Of a DNA stretch of 64,000 bases, positions 19,165-31,115 are shown piece after piece; positions within the stretch are counted from its first letter, which is position 1, and every line of letters begins with the position of its first letter. This stretch comes from an uncultured Planctomycetota bacterium (GTDB taxonomy: Bacteria > Planctomycetota > Planctomycetia > Isosphaerales > Isosphaeraceae), in NCBI GenBank assembly GCA_963737655.1, contig CAVTTN010000002.1:6112001-6176000 (forward strand). Direction: 5' to 3'. The notes beneath the pieces are model-generated. The model was not told the DNA's origin. It saw only the letters and a list, made by a program, of their open reading frames with translations, and made no database searches. A program made the position numbers and the translations under genes.

Positions 19165-19997
19165 TCGGGGCTTTCCACTCACTCGATGAGGAGCCGGGAC
19201 ATGGATGTCCATCGACGATTCTGGGCGCGTTCGGCGCCCTCAATCAGGCACTTTTCGCGGTCACGGTGGTCCGATTGTTCGTGTTCTTGAAGGGAGGCGA
19301 GGGCTTCCATGCCTGGATCGCCCCGGGGCTCCGCTGGGCGTGGTTGGATAGTCTCCTGGCGGTCCAATTCGCCGTGCTCCACAGCGCGATGCTCTGGCCT
19401 TCGATCCGATCCCGGTTGAATCAAATGATGCCGACGGCCCTGGGCGGCAGCTTCTTCAGCGCGTTCACGTGCTTGAGCCTTTTCCTGACGATGGAACTCT
19501 GGCACGCCAGCCCCTCCGCGCTCTGGCGACTCGATGGCGGAGGGCGTTGGGTCGTCTCGGGCCTGTTCTTCGCGAGCTGGGCGGCGCTGGTCTATAGCCT
19601 CTGGCTGACGGGCTTCGGCTACCAGACCGGCTTCACGACGTGGTGGGCCTGGCTCCGCCGCGAGGAGACGCCCCGGAGGGCCTTCGCGCCGAAGGGGGCC
19701 TACCGCTTCGTGCGCCATCCCGTCTACCTGAGCTTCCTCGGCCTCGTCTGGTTCAATCCCGAGATGACGACCGATCGCCTGGTGCTCGCGCTCCTCTGGA
19801 CGGCCCACATCGCCGTGGGCAGCCACCTGAAGGACCGGAGGATGGAGCGGTTCGTCGGCGATCCGTATCGCGAGTACGAGGCCCGAGTCCCCGGCTTCCC
19901 GATGATGGTCGGCCCCCTGGGGAAGAAGGTCCGGCGCGACGGTTCGCACGGGGCTTCAACGCCCCCTCTCGTCCGGTCGGAGGCGACGGCCCGGTGA
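19161..19997 (+). CDS. Membrane methyltransferase of the ICMT/nurim/MddA-like family
   Basis: ATGA overlap; 'QFAVLHS', 'GAYRFVRHPVYL', 'YREYEARVP'. Confidence 0.72.
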   Translation: MIGAFHSLDEEPGHGCPSTILGAFGALNQALFAVTVVRLFVFLKGGEGFHAWIAPGLRWAWLDSLLAVQFAVLHSAMLWPSIRSRLNQMMPTALGGSFFSAFTCLSLFLTMELWHASPSALWRLDGGGRWVVSGLFFASWAALVYSLWLTGFGYQTGFTTWWAWLRREETPRRAFAPKGAYRFVRHPVYLSFLGLVWFNPEMTTDRLVLALLWTAHIAVGSHLKDRRMERFVGDPYREYEARVPGFPMMVGPLGKKVRRDGSHGASTPPLVRSEATAR

Positions 19998-20096
19998 TCG
20001 GGCTTCCCGAGCCTCCGGGTTGCATGGGCCATCGGGATCGACGATGATCCCCGGACGAGGCCGCTCCGCTTTGAGACCCTCCCCGAGGCCGCCGCC

Positions 20097-21563
20097 ATGA
20101 AGATCCTCTCGCTCGTCGCCCTGATCGCGATCGGAGGCGCCCCGTGCCTCGCCGCCGGGCTGCCCCGGAGCAGCCCCGAGGCCCAGGGCGTCTCCTCGTC
20201 GGCCCTCCTGGCGTTCGTCGAGGCCGCCGACAAGTCCATCGACTCGATGAACAGCGTGATGATCGTCCGCCACGGCCACGTCGTCGCCGAGGGGTGGTGG
20301 GCGCCGTACTCCGCGGAGGCCCCTCACTCGCTCTACTCGCTGAGCAAGAGCTTCACCTCCACGGCCGTGGGGATGGCCATCGCCGAGGGGAAGCTGAGCG
20401 TGGATGACGAGGTCCTCAAGTTCTTCCCCGACGACGCCCCGGCCGAGCCGAGCAAGAACCTCAGGTCGATGCGCGTGAGCGACCTCCTGAGGATGTCCAC
20501 CGGGCAGGTCGAGGAGCCGAAGCGGACCTCGGAGGAGCCCTGGACGAAGACCTTCCTCGCCCAGCCCGTCCCGTTCAAGCCGGGGACGCACTTCCTCTAC
20601 AACACGTCGGGCACGTACATGCTCTCGGCGATCGTCCAGAAGGCGACCGGCCAGACGGTGCTGGATTACCTGAAGCCCCGCCTCTTCGAGCCTCTCGGGA
20701 TCGAGAACCCGACGTGGGAGACCAGCCCCCAGGGGATCTCGACCGGCGGCTACGGCCTGAGCGTCCGCACCGAGGACATCGCGAAGTTCGGCCAGCTCTA
20801 TCTCCAGAAGGGGCGATGGGGCGGCAGGGAGCTCGTCCCGGCGTCGTGGGTCGAGGCCGCCACCGCCCGCCAGACGTCCAACGGCAGCAACCCGAAGAGC
20901 GACTGGGACCAGGGCTACGGCTATCAGTTCTGGAGGGCCCGGCACAACGCCTATCGAGGCGACGGGGCGTTCGGCCAGTACTGCGTCGTGATCCCCGATC
21001 AGGACGCCGTGATCGCCATCACCAGCGGAGTTCGGGACATGCAGGCCGTCCTGGACCTCGTCTGGGACAAGCTGTTGCCCGCGTTCAAGACGGAGTCGCT
21101 CTCGGCCGACGACGCGGCCCGCAAGGCCCTGGAAACGACCCTGGCCGGGCTCTCGCTGAAGCCCCAGGCCGGCTCCGCCGCGCCGGCGAAGGTCTCGGGG
21201 AAGAAGTACGTCTTCCCGGCCAATGACCGCAAGCTCGAATCGATCGCCGTGGAGGCCGACGGCGAGGGGAACGCGGCGACCCTGGTCCTCCGCATGAACG
21301 GCACGGACCGGAAGATTGCCTGCGGGGCCGGCTCGTGGAAGAAAGGCCGGCTGGCGTTCGGGCCCCTGCCCGAGGGGCCCATGGCGGCCTCGGGCGCGTG
21401 GACCGGCGAGGACACGTACAAGGCGAAGCTCGTGTTCACCGAGACCCCGTTCCAGGCGACCTTGACCCTGAAATTCACCGACGGCGAGGTCCGGTTCGAT
21501 TCCCAGTCGAACGTCGGTTTCGGGGCCACCCGTCAGCCGTCGCTCGTCGGCAAGGCGGAGTGA
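20097..21563 (+). CDS. Secreted serine hydrolase (beta-lactamase-related family)
   Basis: SxxK 'SLSKS', YxN-like 'FLYNT', 'RGDGAFGQ'; signal peptide. Confidence 0.88.
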   Translation: MKILSLVALIAIGGAPCLAAGLPRSSPEAQGVSSSALLAFVEAADKSIDSMNSVMIVRHGHVVAEGWWAPYSAEAPHSLYSLSKSFTSTAVGMAIAEGKLSVDDEVLKFFPDDAPAEPSKNLRSMRVSDLLRMSTGQVEEPKRTSEEPWTKTFLAQPVPFKPGTHFLYNTSGTYMLSAIVQKATGQTVLDYLKPRLFEPLGIENPTWETSPQGISTGGYGLSVRTEDIAKFGQLYLQKGRWGGRELVPASWVEAATARQTSNGSNPKSDWDQGYGYQFWRARHNAYRGDGAFGQYCVVIPDQDAVIAITSGVRDMQAVLDLVWDKLLPAFKTESLSADDAARKALETTLAGLSLKPQAGSAAPAKVSGKKYVFPANDRKLESIAVEADGEGNAATLVLRMNGTDRKIACGAGSWKKGRLAFGPLPEGPMAASGAWTGEDTYKAKLVFTETPFQATLTLKFTDGEVRFDSQSNVGFGATRQPSLVGKAE

Positions 21564-21570
21564 TCTCGCC

Positions 21571-22020
21571 ATGACCCCCGGACGCCGAGACCTTCGCTTC
21601 GCCTCGCTCGACGAGGTCATCGCCGACGTCGAGAGGCTCATTCAGGGGCATCAGACGGTCGGGCAATGGTCGCTGGCGACGATCTGCGCGCACCTGGCCG
21701 GGTCGATGAGGATGGCGGCGGACCTGCCGGCCTCGACCCGGCCCGACCCGTCGCTCCGCCTCCCCGAGCCGGACGTGGCACGGGTCTTCAAGGACGAGAG
21801 GCTGCCCGAGGGCCTGGACCTCCCGGCCGGGGCGACCGTTCCGACGGGCCTCTCGGAGGCCGAGGCCGCCGATCGCCTCCGGGCGGCGATCGCGTACTAT
21901 GCCGCCTCGCCGGGCCCCCAGGCGGTCCATCGTTATCTCGGCCCCCTGAGCCGGGCGCAGTGGGACCACCTCCAGCGGATCCATTGCGCCCATCATCTGA
22001 GCTTCGCGGTCCCCCGCTGA
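21571..22020 (+). CDS. DUF1569 (DinB-like) protein
   Basis: 'RRDLRFASLDEV', 'GQWSLATICAHL', 'HRYLGPLS..W..IHCAHHLSF'. Confidence 0.8.
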   Translation: MTPGRRDLRFASLDEVIADVERLIQGHQTVGQWSLATICAHLAGSMRMAADLPASTRPDPSLRLPEPDVARVFKDERLPEGLDLPAGATVPTGLSEAEAADRLRAAIAYYAASPGPQAVHRYLGPLSRAQWDHLQRIHCAHHLSFAVPR

Positions 22021-22209
22021 ACACGGCGGGTTTCGATCGCCGAAGGGGGGCCCCTCACGGTTTTTCGGGCCCCTGCCCTGGACTTCGGGGCCCGAGAGAC
22101 CTCCAATGGAGAGAAGAAGGCCGACGTTTCGATCCCGAGGGGCCGTCGGCGAGGACCGAACGCGGCACGCCCGGCCGGCCGGATCGCCGGGCTTCGAGGG
22201 GGACGACCG

Positions 22210-23472
22210 ATGGCCAGGATGGAAACGCCCGGCGAGACGCGACTCTCCCGACGGGCCCTGCTCCGAGGCGCGGGCGTGGCGATCGCCTTGCCCCTTCTCG
22301 AAGGGATGCTCCCGGCCGCTCGGGCGGGCGGGGCCTCGGCCGACGTCCCCCGGCGGATGGTGGCCATCGAGACGAACATGGGGATTCTCCCCCAGTACTT
22401 CTTCCCGGAGAACCCGGGTCGGGGCTATTCGCCGTCGCCGTATCTGGGGCGGCTCCGCGGGCTGGCCGACCAGATGACGGTGTTCTCCGGGGTCAGCCAC
22501 CCGGGCGTCACCGGGTTCCACGCCGCCGAGAAGTGCTTCCTGACCGGGACGCCCCACCCCGAGCGCGGCGGGTTCCGCAACGGGATCTCGCTCGACCAGT
22601 TCGCCGCCGAGAGGATCGGCGACCAGACGCGCTACCCCTCCCTGACCCTGGCGATGAGCAGCGAGGCCCCCACCCTGAGCTTCACCCGGAGCGGGGCGCC
22701 GATCCCGGCCCAACGCAGCCCCAACAAGCTCTTCCGCCGCCTGTTCCTCCAGGGCGATCCGGCCGAGGTGAAGGCCAACATCCAGGCCCTCCGCCAGGAG
22801 AAGAGCACCCTGGACTTCGTCGCCGCGCAGTCCCGGAGGCTCCAGAAGACGCTCTCCCGGGCCGATCAGCAGAGGCTCGACGAGTATTTCACCTCGGTCC
22901 GCGAGCTGGAGCGGCGGCTCGGAAGCGCCGAGGTCTGGGAGACGAAGCCCAAGCCCCGGGTCTCCGCCCCGCCTCCCCAGGACATCGACGACCCCCGCGA
23001 GTTCGTCCGCAAGACCCAGCTCATGTTCGACGTCATCAAGCTGGCGATCGAGACCGATTCGTCGCGGGTGATCTCGCTGTTCATCGACACGTCGATCATT
23101 CACAACATCACCCACCACGGCAACCGGCCGGACGTCATCGCCGAGCTCAAGGCCAAGGAGGAGGCGCAGTTCGACGTCCTCCAGAAATTCCTCCAATCCC
23201 TGGCCTCGACCCGAGAGCAGGGGCAAACCCTCCTGGATCGGACGATGGTGCTGTACGGGACGTGCATGGGCAGCGCCAACTCGCACGCCAACGACAACCT
23301 GCCGGTGCTCCTGGCCGGCGGGGGGTTCCGCCACGGCCAGCACCTGGCCTTCGACACCAAGAACAACTACCCGCTGACGAATCTCTTCGTCTCGATGCTC
23401 CAGAGGCTGGGGATCGAGGCCGACGAATTCTCGACCGGCCGCGGCACCTTCCGCGGCCTGGAGATGGCCTGA
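22210..23472 (+). CDS. DUF1552 protein
   Basis: Tat-like 'LSRRALLRGAGVAIALPLLE', 'ISLDQ', 'LDEYFTSVRELE', 'NLPVLLAGG', 'NLFVSMLQ'. Confidence 0.88.
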   Translation: MARMETPGETRLSRRALLRGAGVAIALPLLEGMLPAARAGGASADVPRRMVAIETNMGILPQYFFPENPGRGYSPSPYLGRLRGLADQMTVFSGVSHPGVTGFHAAEKCFLTGTPHPERGGFRNGISLDQFAAERIGDQTRYPSLTLAMSSEAPTLSFTRSGAPIPAQRSPNKLFRRLFLQGDPAEVKANIQALRQEKSTLDFVAAQSRRLQKTLSRADQQRLDEYFTSVRELERRLGSAEVWETKPKPRVSAPPPQDIDDPREFVRKTQLMFDVIKLAIETDSSRVISLFIDTSIIHNITHHGNRPDVIAELKAKEEAQFDVLQKFLQSLASTREQGQTLLDRTMVLYGTCMGSANSHANDNLPVLLAGGGFRHGQHLAFDTKNNYPLTNLFVSMLQRLGIEADEFSTGRGTFRGLEMA

Positions 23473-23532
23473 ACCCCCCTCCCGGCCCTTCCCCTCCGCC
23501 GGTCCTTCCCGATCGATCCTGGCCCACATCCC

Positions 23533-26152
23533 ATGAGCCGACCGATCCTCGCCGCCCTGGCCCTCGCCGCCCTGGCCCCCGCCGGCTCGTCCCGGGCCGC
23601 GGAGGCGCCGCCCGCCTTCTTCGCGACCTTCTGCGGCAAGTGCCACGCCCCGCCCGATCCCAAGGGCGGGCTGGACCTGGCGGGCCTCCTGGAGGCGCCT
23701 CCGGCCGACCCCGAGGCCCTGGCCCGCTGGGTCAAGGTCCACGACCGGATCGAGTCGGGAGAGATGCCGCCGAAGAAGTCCGCCCGGCCCTCGCCCGCCC
23801 AGGCCGCCGAGGCCCGGCGATGGCTCCGGGGCAAGATCGTCGAGGCCGAGCGCGTGAATTCGGCCGGCGAGGGCCGGACCCGCCTCCGCCGGCTGACCCG
23901 GGTGGAGTACGAGAACACCGTCCGCGACCTGCTGGACCTCCCCGGCCTGAAGTTCCAGGAACTGCTCCCGGCCGACGGCTCGGCCCACGGCTTCGACACC
24001 AACAGCGACGCCCTGGACATCTCGCACGTGAACCTGGCCAGCTACGTCGAGGCCGCCGACCTCGCCCTGGGCGCGGCCATCGTCACCCGGCCCGACGCCC
24101 CCCCGGTGACCCGCCAGCGGATCTCCCTGGCCAATCCCCACGGGTTCGTGGCCCTCGTCCTGCTCTACGGCGACGCCGTCATGCTCAAGGACAAGAAGCC
24201 CGACCCGGCCTTCCCTCCGGCCGGGGCCCAGCGCCACCTCGACCAGTTCGCCCACGAGTCGCTGGGCATGTTCGATTCCGAGAGCAGCGTCGGCCTGTTC
24301 CGGCCCGAGGACGAGTCCTTCCACCCCTCCTTCATCGAATTCTCGGCCATCGATCCGGGCCGGTATCGGCTCCGGACGTCGCTCTGGAGCTTCCAGTGGG
24401 ACAAGGGCCGGGTCCTGCCGGCCCGGGGCACCGAGGTCGGCCGGCTGTCGATCATCCACCTGACCGGCAACGGCACCGGGGGCGACCACCCGAACACGGT
24501 CCTGGGATACTACGACGCCCCGTCGCTGCAGCCGAAGGTCCACGACGTCGTCACCTGGCTGAACCCGAAGGACACGATCGGCTTCAACGCCGCCTCGCTC
24601 GCCCCCGGGCGCCCACCCGGGGCAAGGACCGCGCCCTGGGGTTCACCGGGCCCGGGATCGCCTGCGACTATCTCGAGGTCGAAGGCCCTCTCCACGACGT
24701 CTGGCCGCCCCGGAGCCATCGCCACCTCTTCGGAGACCTCCGCCCCACCGCGTTCCGGCCCGATCCGCGCTCCCCGACTCGGCCCCCCCACCGCGCCCCG
24801 GCTCGTCAGGAGATCTTCGCGGGGAAGAACCGGCCCAGTCCGGTCTCGGGCGTCTGGACGGTCCAGACCGCGAGGCCGCTGGAGGAGGCCGACCGCCTCC
24901 TCGGCGCGTTCCTCCGCCGGGCGTTCCGCCGGCCCGTCACGGCCGAGACCCGCCGGCAATACGTCGCACTGGTCCGCGAGCGCCTGAAGGACGGGGACTG
25001 TTTCGAGGAGGCCATGAGGCGGGCCTACCAGGCCGCCCTCTGCTCGCCCGATTTCCTCTACCTGATCGAGCCCTCCGGCGGGCTGGACGACCACGCCTTG
25101 GCCTGCCGCCTCTCGTACTTCTTCTGGAGGTCGATGCCCGACGCCGCCCTGATGAAGCGGGCCGACTCGGGGACGCTCCACCAGCCCGAGATCCTCCGCG
25201 CCGAGGTCGATCGCCTCCTGAACGACCCGAAATCCTCGCGATTCACCGAGGACTTCCTCGGCCAGTGGCTCAGGCTCCGCCAGATCGCCGCGACCGACCC
25301 CGACCGCAAGCTCTACCCGGAGTTCAGCCTCTATCTCCAGGATTCGGCCGTGGCCGAGAGCCGTCTCTTCTTCCGTGAGCTGATCGCCAAGGATCTCGGC
25401 GTCAAGCACCTCGTCAAGTCCGACTTCGCGATGCTCAATGAGAGGCTGGCGACGCTCTACGGCATCCCGGGCGTCACGGGCTCGGCGTTCCGCCGGGTGC
25501 CCCTCCCGGCCGGCTCGCCCCGAGGGGCGTTCTTGACCCAGGCGTCGATCCTGAAGCTCACCGCCAACGGGACCACGACCTCGCCGGTGCCGAGGGGGGC
25601 GTTCGTGATGGATCGCCTGCTCGGCCTGCCCCCCGACCCCCCTCCGCCGAACATCCCGGCCATCGAGCCCGACGTCCGGGCGCCCAGACGATCCGGGAGC
25701 AGCTGGCCCGGCATCGCTCCGACGCCTCGTGCGCCTCGTGCCACGCGAAGATCGACCCGCCGGGCTTCGCCCTGGAGTCGTTCGATGTGATCGGCGGCCA
25801 GAGGGACCGGTATCGGTCGATCGGCCAGGGCGATCCCGCCCCCCGGGCCGGGTTCGAGCCCTGGACCAACCTGATCTTCCGCCTCGGGCCGCCCGTCGAT
25901 CCCTCGGGCGTCCTGCCCGATGGCCGCCCGTTCCGCAATATCCGGGCCTTTCAGGACCTGGTCGCCGCCGACGAGCGCCTCCTCCTGACCAATCTCGCCC
26001 GCCGCCTGACGATCTTCGGCACGGGCCGCGAAATCTCCTTCGCCGACCGCGAGGAGATCGCCGGGATCGTGGACCGGACCCTCCAGGCCAAGGGCGGCGT
26101 GCGGACCTTGATCCATGAAGTCGTCCAGGGCCCCCTGTTCCGCGTCCACTGA
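23533..26152 (+). CDS. Planctomycete cytochrome c / DUF1587-1595-1592-1588-1585-type multidomain protein; frameshifts near 24615 and 25680
   Basis: CxxCH 'CGKCH' and 'CASCH'; 'RRLTRVEYENTVRDLL', 'RAFRRP', 'LCSPDFLY', 'RLSYFFWRSMPD', 'TSPVPRG', 'IDPPGFALESFD' spread over three frames. Confidence 0.85.
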
Positions 26153-26193
26153 CCTCGACCGACCGCCTCTCCTCGCGTTTCGGAGCCCCCGCG

Positions 26194-26775
26194 ATGAACC
26201 GGACATCGGTCCTCCTGGCCGGATGGCTCGCGGCCCTGGCGCTGGGTTCCAGCGGGGCCGCCGATCCTCCGGGGACGTACCGGCACAAGGTCCTCGGCCT
26301 GTTCTCGAAGGACCGCGAGCGCGTCTTCCGCGAGGCCCTCCGCAAGATCCCCGAGATCGAGCTGGTGAGCCTCGACTTCGACGACGCCGAGGCCGTCCTC
26401 CGCTATTCTCCCGCGAATCTGGCCTCGAAGGGGACGCCCGAGGAGATCGTCCGCGTCCTCAACCAGAAGGTCCAATCGATCACCGTGGCCACCCTGGGCA
26501 TCGGCGCCGCCCGGACCGGCCCCCCGGCGAAGTTCGCGAGGTTCGAGATCCCCGTGGCCGGGATCGACTGCGAGGCCTGTTGCTTCGGGGCCTACCGGGC
26601 GATCGCTCAGGTCGAGGGGGTCGAGGCGGCGACGGTCAGCTTTCACGACGGCCGGGCGATCGTGAGGATGGACCCGGCGAAGGCCGATCGCGCGAAGGTC
26701 GAGGCGGCCCTGAAGAAGCTGGGCGTCGAGGTCAAGGCTTCCGATATCGCTTCACCGAGTCCCCCGGCCCGCTGA
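26194..26775 (+). CDS. Exported heavy-metal-associated (HMA) domain protein
   Basis: Signal peptide; 'VAGIDCEACC..VEGVEAATVSF' HMA motif preceded by a Cys-less HMA-like repeat. Confidence 0.72.
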   Translation: MNRTSVLLAGWLAALALGSSGAADPPGTYRHKVLGLFSKDRERVFREALRKIPEIELVSLDFDDAEAVLRYSPANLASKGTPEEIVRVLNQKVQSITVATLGIGAARTGPPAKFARFEIPVAGIDCEACCFGAYRAIAQVEGVEAATVSFHDGRAIVRMDPAKADRAKVEAALKKLGVEVKASDIASPSPPAR

Positions 26776-29700
26776 TTCGCCCGTGGCGGCCCGTGCCTCG
26801 CCCCTCAGGACGGAGAACTCGGGCCATTCCTCCGGGAACAGGGTCGGTTCGGGGGAGTCGGCCGACCCGGGCGAGGCGAAGCCGGAGGCGAACCCCTCCG
26901 CCCGGCCGAGCCAGGCCCGGGCCTCCTCGACCCGGCCGAGCCGGGCATTCGCCAGGGCGAGCAACGGCCAGGAGGCGAAGGCCCGCGACGGGTCCTCCTC
27001 GGCGGCCGAACGGGCCCGGGCGATCGCCTCGTCGAACCGTCCGGCCCGGTACGCCGCCAGGCCCCGCGTCCAGTCGATCTGCGCGGCTTGCTTGCCCGAC
27101 GGCGGGACCGATTCGGCCAGCCGGAGCGCCTCGGCCGGGCCCGCCCCGCCGCCGGCCGCCAGGGCGGCGACCCTCGCGATCGGCCACGTCGTCGGCTGCC
27201 GCTTCGGGGGGGAATCCGGGGCCGCCCAGCGGTCGGCCAGGGCCCGAGAGCCGGCCTCGTCCCGGGCCATGAGCAGGGCCCGGGCCCGGGTCAGCCACGC
27301 GGGCCCCTCGTCGGTCTCCCCCGAGTCGGCCCATCGCCGCGAGTCCTCGGCCGAGCCCGCCCAGTCGCCGACCCTCAGGCGGAGGGCCGCTCGACGGGCC
27401 CTCGAACGGCCGTCCGGCGGTTCCTGGCCTCGGAGGCGGCCGAGGTGGAAGGCCACGGCCCCGGCCTGGCCCGCTTCGAGGGCCGATTCGGCCTCGTCCA
27501 GATGATGGACGAACGCCCGGGACCGCGCCTCGCGGCTCCGGGCCGCCGGGCCCGTCGGCGGCGAGCCGTCCCAGACGGCCACGCTCCCATCCCAGTTCGA
27601 CGAGGCCAGGAGGAGGCCGTCGGGCCTCCAGGCCACCCTCGGGTTGAACCCTCCGTCGCTCGGCCTCCGCCCGTGGACCCGCAGCGCCACGAGCTCCTCG
27701 CCCGTGGCCAGGTCCCAGACCATCGTCTTCTCGCGGTCCGCTCCGGCCAGGCGCCGGCCGTCGGGGCTGAAGGCCAGGCGGAAGACCGGGACCTGCTCCT
27801 TGGCCCGGAATCGGTGGATCGCCTCGCCCGAGACGGTCGACCACACGGCCACGGCCCCATCCATGTCGGCCGCGGCGATCCGCGAGCCGTCGCCGTTGAA
27901 GGCGATGGCGATGATCCGATTCCGGCCGAACGCCAGGCGGAGCCGGTCGGGCCCTCCGGCCGAGGGCCTCACGCAAACGAACCCCCGGCCGGGCGAATCC
28001 GGGGGGCTTTTCCCCGTCTTTTCATAGTCGTCGAAGGCGATCTCCGATCCGTCCGGGCCGAAGGCCATCGCCCCCTGGATGTGGATGTCCGGGAATCGCG
28101 CGGAGGTCCAGGAGGTGCGCGTCGTCCCCGAATTCACGTCCCAGACGCGGAACGCCCGGCGGTCCGGCTCCTTCTCGAACGAGTCGAGTCCGCTGGCGGC
28201 GGCGAACCGGCCGTCGCGGCTCAGGGCGACGAAGACCGCCGGCCACGGCAGGCCCGAGAGCCTCCGATCCCGGCCCGAGTCCAGGTCGCGGACCACGATC
28301 GTCGTCCGGTCGTCGGAGATCGTGGCGAGCCTTCGGGCCCCGGCGTCGAAGTCGGCGGGGGTCGCCGGGCTGAGGTAGCGGCCGGTCAGGTCGGCGAACG
28401 GCCCGGCTTCGAGCCGGTCGGGCCCCGAATCCCAGGTCAGGACCTGGCCGCTCTTGCGGACGATCCTCAGCCGGCCGTCGTCGCCGAAGGCCATCGCCTG
28501 GGCGCGGACGTCGGGCAGGGCGCGGTATTCCGGGTCTCGGGTCAGGTCCCAGAGCTTCACGTCGCCGTCGCGGCGCCCGCCCGAGGCCAGGAGCCGGCCG
28601 TCGGGCGAGAAGGCGAGGCAGGCGGCGCGTTCGGCGTGGCCGCGGAGGATGCCACGCGGGGCGCCGGTCCTCACGTCCCACAGGCGGATCGTCGCGTCTC
28701 GCCCGGCCGTCGCGGCGAGCCGGCCGTCGGCGCGGAAGGCGACGCCCAGGACCGGCCCGTCATGGCCGATCAGGTCGTGACTCACGCGGCCCGAGGCGAG
28801 GTCCCAGATCCTCGGCGGCTCGGTCGCCACGACCAGGAGCCGCTCGTCGGGGCTGAAGGCCAGGTCGGGCCCCTCGCCCCGGAAATAATCGGCCCGATGC
28901 CCCGGGGGGCCCGCCGGGCCGTGAGGAAGCTCCGCGAGCCTGGCACCGGTCTCGGCCGAGAGGATCGCCACGGCCGCCGGCCCGCTGACCGCGATCCGCC
29001 GCCCGAGAGGCCCGACCGTCGCCCGCCCGCCGTCGGAGGCGAATCGCCGGGCCTCCGCCCGATCCTCGGCCCGAAAGAACACCACCGAATCCTTGCCCCC
29101 GGCGACGAGGAAGAGGCCGTCGGGCGAGAACCCGACCGTGCCCCCGGCCTCCCATCGCGCGATCTCCCGCCCTGAAGGGACGGCGACGAGCCTCGCCTGG
29201 CCCCCGGCCCCGCTGACGGCCAGGCTCTTGCCGTCGGGCGAGAACGCGACGCGGCAGGCGGCGATCGGTGCCTCGATCCGGGCGCCGCGATGGCCGTCGG
29301 CGACGTCGAACAGATCGACCCAGCCGTCCGCGAGCCCGGGATTGCCGATCGGGTTGTTGAAGGGGTTGATCGTCAGGGCGGCGAGCCGGGTGCCGTCGGG
29401 GTCGAGGGCGACGCCGGTGGTCTCGGGGAAGACCTCGTCCTTGACGCCGAAGACCTCGGGGTGGTTCAGGTTGCGGAGGTAGCCCCATTCCCATCCCCGG
29501 CGGGAGGGCTCGGCGGCTTCCAGGAGGGAATCCACGCGATCGACGGCGGCCCCTCGCCACTCCAGGCGGGCCCGGGCCACCTGGCTCACATACAGGCTAT
29601 CGCGGGCCCGGTCGTGGGATTGGGCGGCGAGCTTGCGACCGGCCAGGGCGTCGTCGGCCTTCGCCTCGGCCCGCCTCCAGAGCACCGTGGTCGCCGCGAG

Positions 29701-31013
29701 GCCGGCGACGACGGCCAGGGCCAGCGCCGCGACCAAAGACGCCTTGCCCGGCTCCCTCCGGCACCACTTCGCCGCCTGCCCCGCCGGAGAGACCCGCCGG
29801 GCCCGGATCGGGCGGCCGTCCAGGAACCGGCGGAGGTCCTCGGCCAGCGCCCCGGCCGAGCCGTAGCGGGCGCCCGGCGATTTCTCCAGGCATTTCAGGC
29901 AGATCGTCTCCAGGTCGCGCGGGGTGTGCCTCTGAAGCTTGCCCGGGGGCAGGGGCTCGTGCCGGGTGACCTGGTCGAGCGTCGAGAGCGGCGTCTCCCC
30001 CTGGAACGGCGGCCGTCCGGTCAGGGAGGCATAGAGGATCGCCCCCAGGGCGTAGACGTCGGTGGCCGGGCCGACCTCCGCCGGGGCCCCCGGGCCTGCT
30101 CCGGGGCCATGTAGCTGGGAGTCCCCAGGATATCGCCGGTCCGCGTCAGGCCGCCGTCTTCTTCCATGAGCTTCGCCAGGCCGAAGTCGGTGATCTTCGC
30201 CGAGCCGTCGGCCGCCAGGACCACGTTCGCCGGCTTCAAATCGCGGTGGACGACCCCCTGACCATGGGCGTACTCGGCCGCCCGGGCGAGCGCCTCGACC
30301 AGGCCGGCGGCGCCCCTCGGGTTCATCGGGCCGGAGGCCAGCCGCCGTTGAAGGCTGCCGCCCGGGGCATACTCCAGCGCCAGGAAGCCCTGGCCGTCGT
30401 GCTCGCCGACCTGGTGGACCTGGACGATGTTCGGGTGGCCGAACCTCGCGGCGGTCTCGGCCTCGGCGCGGAACCGGGCCGCCACTCCGGGCTCGGCCAG
30501 GAGCCACGGGCGGATCACCTTCAGGGCCACGAGCCGGCCGAGCCCTCGCTGGCGGGCCTTGTACACGACCCCCATCCCGCCCCGACCAATCTCCTCCAGG
30601 ACGTCGTAGCCGGGCAGATCGGGAGGGGCCGAGGCCCGCGACTCCCCGGGATGGCGCTCCGGGTCGGTCGGCTCGTTCGCCCGGAGGGCCCGGTGCAGGT
30701 CGAGCTGGCGGAGCAACCGCTCGGAGAATCGGGGGAACCGGCCGATCAACTCGTCCGCCGTCGGCGGCTCGCCCAGCTCCTCGCGGACGAGGAACTCGTT
30801 GTAGATCAGCTCGAACTGCGCCTCGTCGTCCCGGCCGAGCTCGGGGTAGAGGCCCAGGTACTCCTCGACCGGGGCGTGCCGTCCGTCCCGCCACCGTTCG
30901 AGCTGGTCGGCGCAGAGTCGATCGACGAGAGGGCCGTCCCCGTCCTCGGGGGAATCGAGGCCGTCCGGGGCGAATCGCGTGGTGGGGGCGAACGGTTCGG
31001 CGGGATCGTCCAT
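26752..31013 (-). CDS. Ser/Thr kinase with WD40 repeats and C-terminal TPR-like helices; frameshift near 30088
   Basis: 'IGRGGMGVVY', 'HRDLKPAN', 'DFG', 'MAPEQARG|APAEVGPATDVYALG'; repeated 'AFSPDG', 'GH..WD'. Confidence 0.9.
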
Positions 31014-31115
31014 CGGCGGCCTCTCTCTCAATCTCCGGGATCGGGGCCGAGACGGCGCCCCGAGGGCCCATTGCCGCGGAGGGGCCGGGCGGACACCGGC
31101 GCCGCTCGCCCGGGC

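Noticed and set aside
20097..21563. Antibiotic-resistance beta-lactamases (also 57190-58361)
   Set aside because: The motifs show only the broad serine-hydrolase family, which is abundant in planctomycetes; nothing specific for beta-lactam hydrolysis
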